Assembly (NCBI GenBank): GCA_051439425.1
Contig: JBFRWD010000075.1
Span: 1-64,000 of the forward strand
Source: Synechococcus sp.
GTDB lineage: Bacteria > Cyanobacteriota > Cyanobacteriia > Thermostichales > PCC-7336
DNA: 64,000 nt
Reading direction: 5' to 3'
Of this stretch, positions 59,976 to 64,000 are shown one piece after another. The number at the start of each line of letters is the position of its first letter. Position 1 is the stretch's first letter. The position numbers and the translations under genes were made by a program. The notes beneath the pieces were generated by a model. It did no database searches and was not told the origin of the DNA. It saw only the letters and a list, made by a program, of their open reading frames with translations.

Positions 59976-60161
59976 TATGCCCATCCCCATCAGCACAAAC
60001 TCGCGGAACACAATATCGAGAAATAATGAGTCAGCGCTTCGAGATCTGGCAGGGTGCGATGCGCAAGAAAACAGTGTCGATTTTCGCTGATTCTCAGGTG
60101 GCTTGACGATTCCCCTTGTTAACTGCCATGGCGTTAGTTTGCCAAATGCTTGCAAAATCCG

Positions 60162-60194
60162 AATACGCTGCCAAGCGTAACTTTGGCAGCGTAT
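60162..60194. terminator. Hairpin AATACGCTGCCAA/TTGGCAGCGTATT, likely terminator of 60296-60604
   Basis: 13-bp perfect arms with T-rich flanks. Confidence 0.6.
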
Positions 60195-60295
60195 TTTATC
60201 GTTGCCTATCGGCTAACGTTGGTTGGGTTTACGTTTGCAGAAGAATAACGATTCAAGAATTTTCTGCATTAGATGCCAATCTCAGCAACGAGAAC

Positions 60296-60604
60296 TTAAT
60301 ACACAATTCCTTGTCTGGGACTAGTACTTCTTAAGTCATGCAATCGATCGAAAATCGCGCTGTTCGGAGTGCCATCATCGACCCGAGTTGAGACGGCACT
60401 GGGCTCGCCTGCCATTTCAACCCCTTCAAGACTGCGATCTTGGCGGATTAAGGGGTTGGTCACTTGATTTTCGCGTGAGCCCCTTTGATCTTGTAAATCA
60501 GCTAGACGATTGAGAATCCCCGAGGCATTAGCCGAGGATGCAAACAAGGCAGTAGAACCAGCGATTACGGCTGCAGTCACTGCTAAATTTCGCAAAATAG
60601 TCAT
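60296..60604 (-). CDS. Secreted hypothetical protein with an internal repeat
   Basis: GGAGG RBS, signal peptide ending ANA, repeats SGILNRLADL and SAIFDRLHDL. Confidence 0.7.
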   Translation of the reverse strand: MTILRNLAVTAAVIAGSTALFASSANASGILNRLADLQDQRGSRENQVTNPLIRQDRSLEGVEMAGEPSAVSTRVDDGTPNSAIFDRLHDLRSTSPRQGIVY

Positions 60605-61203
60605 AACTTATTTTCCTCCGAAGAGAATCGATTGAATGAGTATCGACAGCTCAAGGCGGAATCGACAACATAAAATTTTATTAACCCACTAAGATATCAA
60701 ATACCGCCAGGGAAAAATGTAATTCCCGATACATACATAATACGCCATTGCGTGTGAGAGAGATCTGGGTGTGTTGCTGTCAGGAGGTGAAAAAGGCATT
60801 AGAAGTCCCTCATATTCTCGTAAGACTTTCTTAAGATTAAGTGGCCTGCGAGTTCCGCTACCTGTTAAGAGATTCAACGGTTCCAAACTAGCCAGTCTGG
60901 CCTATGGCGACCTCAAAGCAGTCGAGAGTATTTCCACTCGATGCCATATCGGTATGTCGTTCGGTTTTCTGAATTACTTTTGCTAGTTGGTTTACTAATT
61001 TCAATGGGCATGTGCAGAGCGTAAGAGCTTGTCTGCTGACTGGGCGAGCCAAACGTTGTAATTGGTGTTTCATGGGGTGCGCACCGCCATTCAAGCAGTG
61101 GCATTAAAGTGTCGTTCTCTCAGCGAGAGTCCAGGCCAATGAAGCTCGGGCTTTCATATGTCATCTTGGAGGTTAGCTGCTTGTGCAGGGAGCCTCTCTA
61201 TTC

Positions 61204-62637
61204 GTGAATTTGCATCAATATCTGGAGAACTTACCGATTGACGCCGACTGGGTGGGACTGCGCCTAATGTCCGAAACCACCACTATGCGGTCGGTGCGCG
61301 ATGGAAAACCGCAGGGAAATCGCCGCCGCCGCGATCGCGGCCTGATGGTGGAAGTGTTGGCCAACGGTCAATTTGGCTATGCCTCCACCAATAATCTCTC
61401 CCCTGACAGCATCCAAGCTGCCGCCACTCGCGCCCACCAACAAGCCGTTGCCGCATCCCAATGGGCCGTTCATTCCTTCACTAGCGATGCCCGCCCCAAA
61501 GCCGTCGGTCATTACCAATCCCCTCAGCAACAACCATTAGGAGCTATGTCTGTCAAAGACCTAGTCGGGCTCCTGCAGCAATCCTGCGAACACTTGAAAG
61601 CCTCCGACCAGATCGTCAAAACAGCAGCGATGGCACAGACGGTTGAGGTGGAGCAGCAGTTTGTCAGCAGCAACGGTTCCGACATTTCCCAGCAGTTTGC
61701 GATCGTCAATACCCACTTCACGGCTACAGCTCAGGACGGAACTGTCACCCAGCAGCGGTCGGACAATGGAGACATTTCCCACTGCTACCAGGCCGGTATG
61801 GAAGTGTTTGCGGAAGCTGATGTATTGAACCGGGCTCGGCGGATTGGGGAACAGGCGATCGAGCTGCTGGAGGCGGAGGATTGCCCCGATACGCGCACTA
61901 CTCTTGTGCTGGCCCCCGACCAGATGATGCTGCAGATTCACGAGAGCATCGGTCATCCGCTAGAACTCGATCGCATTTTGGGAGACGAGCGCAACTACGC
62001 CGGATCTAGCTTTGTGAAGCTATCTGACTTCGGTTCGTTGGTGTACGGTTCGCCGTTGATGAACATCACCTTCGACCCCACCATGCCGGGAGAGTTGGCT
62101 AGCTATGCCTTTGACGATGTGGGGATACCGGCTCAGCGGGAGTATTTGATTCTGGACGGTGTGTTGCTGCGAGGGTTGGGCAGTATCGAAAGCCAACTGC
62201 GGTCTGGAGTGCCGGGGGTGGCCAATTCCCGTGCCTGTTCGTGGAATCGCCCGCCGATCGATCGCATGGCAAACCTAAACCTAGAGCCGGGAGATACCAG
62301 CTTCGATGACATCATTAGCTCGATCGAACATGGCGTGTATATGGAATCCAATCGCTCTTGGTCGATTGATGACTATCGCAATAAGTTTCAGTTTGGCTGC
62401 GAATACGCCAAGCTAATCGAGAATGGCAAATTGACCAAGACGCTGCGGAATCCCAACTATCGCGGCATCAGCAATCCCTTCTGGCGCAGTTTGTCTAAAG
62501 TGGGCGATCGCAGCACGTTCGAGATGTTTGGCACGCCGTTTTGCGGCAAGGGAGAGCCCAATCAATGTATTCGCGTCGGTCATGCATCTCCGGTCTGTGC
62601 ATTCGACAATATTGAAGTGTTTGGAGGTGCGGCATGA
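61204..62637 (+). CDS. tldD: TldD metalloprotease subunit
   Basis: HESIGHPLELDR, GSPLMNITFDPT, PIDRMAN, FCGKGEPNQ; likely start at GTG 61204. Confidence 0.9.
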   Translation: MNLHQYLENLPIDADWVGLRLMSETTTMRSVRDGKPQGNRRRRDRGLMVEVLANGQFGYASTNNLSPDSIQAAATRAHQQAVAASQWAVHSFTSDARPKAVGHYQSPQQQPLGAMSVKDLVGLLQQSCEHLKASDQIVKTAAMAQTVEVEQQFVSSNGSDISQQFAIVNTHFTATAQDGTVTQQRSDNGDISHCYQAGMEVFAEADVLNRARRIGEQAIELLEAEDCPDTRTTLVLAPDQMMLQIHESIGHPLELDRILGDERNYAGSSFVKLSDFGSLVYGSPLMNITFDPTMPGELASYAFDDVGIPAQREYLILDGVLLRGLGSIESQLRSGVPGVANSRACSWNRPPIDRMANLNLEPGDTSFDDIISSIEHGVYMESNRSWSIDDYRNKFQFGCEYAKLIENGKLTKTLRNPNYRGISNPFWRSLSKVGDRSTFEMFGTPFCGKGEPNQCIRVGHASPVCAFDNIEVFGGAA

Positions 62638-63977
62638 GTTTGGGGGAGATTGGAGCTTGGGAATCGAGTTTTGGTTCGTTGTGTGACGACGCCATCTCGG
62701 CACTGCAGGGAGACGAGCAGCTGGCGATCGAGCTAAGTGGTGAAGCCAGTCATTTCATGCGGCTCAATAACGGTCGAGTGCGCCAGACGGGAACGGTCAC
62801 GGATGGGGCGGTGACGCTTCAACTCATGCATCGCGATCACACCGCATCGGCTACGGTTCCGTTTACGGGTGATACCGACAGCGATCGCGCCGAAGCTTTG
62901 GAGAATCTGGAGTACTTGCGCCAAGAACTCCGGCAACTGCCTGAAGATCCGTACATTGTCTTACCCGAAAATTCCGGTAGCAGTCGCGAAGTCTTTCACG
63001 GTCAGCTATTGCCTCCCGAGCAAGTGGCGGCGGAAATTCTGCCATCCGTCCAGGGGATTGATTTCACCGGCATCTATGCGTCTGGAGCCGTAGTGAGAGC
63101 GACGGGCAACTCTGCCGGTCAGCGCCATTGGTTTGCGACCGAGACGTTTAATTTGGATTATTCGGCGATCGCCCCATCCGAAAAAGCCGTCAAATCGACG
63201 CTGGCAGGACAAGTGTGGGATCGGGACAAGTTTGAAGCGCAGATTCAGCGATCGCGCACTCAGCTAGAGGTGATGGATCGTCAGCCCCATCAGGTGCAAC
63301 CGGGACAGTACCGCACCTATTTCGCGCCGGCCGCAACTGCAGAGCTGGTAGGGATGTTGTCATGGGGAGCAGTGAGTGAAGCGTCAATGCGCCAGGGGGC
63401 AAGTGCGTTGGCCAAATTACGGGAAGGCAAATCGCTGTCGTCTAAATTCACCTTGGTGGAGGATTTTAGTCAGGGGACGGTGCCCCGCTTTAACCAACTG
63501 GGCGAAGTGACGGCGGAAGAGGTGCCGATCGTTGTGGATGGGGAGTTGAAGAATACTCTGGTGAGTACCCGTACAGCGAAGGAGTATGGGGTAAAGGGCA
63601 ATGCGGCAGGTGGCCGAGAAGGGATGCGGGCTCCCCGGATGGCAGTAGGGTCTTTGGCTCAGGATGATGTGTTGACAGCGATCGATCGCGGCTTGTATCT
63701 CTCAAATTTGCACTATCTCAATTGGAGCGATCGCACGGGGGGACGGGTGACGGGGATGACTCGCTATGCCTGTTTCTGGGTGGAGGATGGCGAGATTCAA
63801 GCGCCGATTCAGGATTTGAGATTTGATGACAGTCTTTACTCGTTTTGGGGAGAGAACTTAGTCGATTTGACGACGGTGGCTGAGTTTGTACCGGAGGTGG
63901 GGACCTACGAACGGCGATCGCTGGGGGGGTCGATGGTGCCGGGGATGTTGGTGAAAGACTTCACGTTTACGCTGTGA
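62634..63977 (+). CDS. tldE: TldE/PmbA subunit
   Basis: ATGA overlap with tldD; PGQYRTYFAP, NLHYLN, TGMTRYACF, LRFDDS; no HExxxH motif. Confidence 0.85.
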   Translation: MSLGEIGAWESSFGSLCDDAISALQGDEQLAIELSGEASHFMRLNNGRVRQTGTVTDGAVTLQLMHRDHTASATVPFTGDTDSDRAEALENLEYLRQELRQLPEDPYIVLPENSGSSREVFHGQLLPPEQVAAEILPSVQGIDFTGIYASGAVVRATGNSAGQRHWFATETFNLDYSAIAPSEKAVKSTLAGQVWDRDKFEAQIQRSRTQLEVMDRQPHQVQPGQYRTYFAPAATAELVGMLSWGAVSEASMRQGASALAKLREGKSLSSKFTLVEDFSQGTVPRFNQLGEVTAEEVPIVVDGELKNTLVSTRTAKEYGVKGNAAGGREGMRAPRMAVGSLAQDDVLTAIDRGLYLSNLHYLNWSDRTGGRVTGMTRYACFWVEDGEIQAPIQDLRFDDSLYSFWGENLVDLTTVAEFVPEVGTYERRSLGGSMVPGMLVKDFTFTL

Positions 63978-64000
63978 TTGCCCAAACAGCGGCAGGTGAC

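Larger units (their letters stand above)
1..64000. repeat. Dispersed HIP1 octamer (GCGATCGC), cyanobacterial genome signature
   Basis: Many copies throughout the window (e.g. near 213, 919, 1286, 3797); not seen in the AT-rich NACHT-WD40 body (36.4-39.9 kb). Confidence 0.9.

Overview
Cyanobacterial chromosomal window: the HIP1 octamer GCGATCGC is abundant, and petN, ndhQ, ycf54, a plant-type ferredoxin and a group-2 sigma factor are present. It is mostly housekeeping and metabolic genes with three accessory blocks. (1) 65-7290: amino-acid catabolism cluster (class-III aminotransferase, an aldehyde dehydrogenase interrupted by one in-frame TAG, and a divergent tdh-kbl-threonine dehydratase operon). 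(2) 22169-29896, all minus strand: an array of four Y-RNA-like ncRNAs (three tRNA-shaped), Ro60/TROVE (rsr), RtcB RNA ligase, then two translationally coupled P-loop ATPases, the second with a DNA-level TPR tandem array. (3) 36362-42100: an AT-rich HTH-REase-like-NACHT-WD40 gene with a divergent Xre/RES toxin-antitoxin pair. The most striking signal is the ncRNA array. Each unit carries a shared hairpin/stem/GGTTATCG module, inserted where the anticodon arm would be in the three tRNA-shaped units. One unit has an encoded CCA plus the G3:U70/A73 alanine identity elements, and another carries the module in a permuted order. Two IS6 relics lie near 59-60 kb. All assignments come from manual motif reading; no searches were run.
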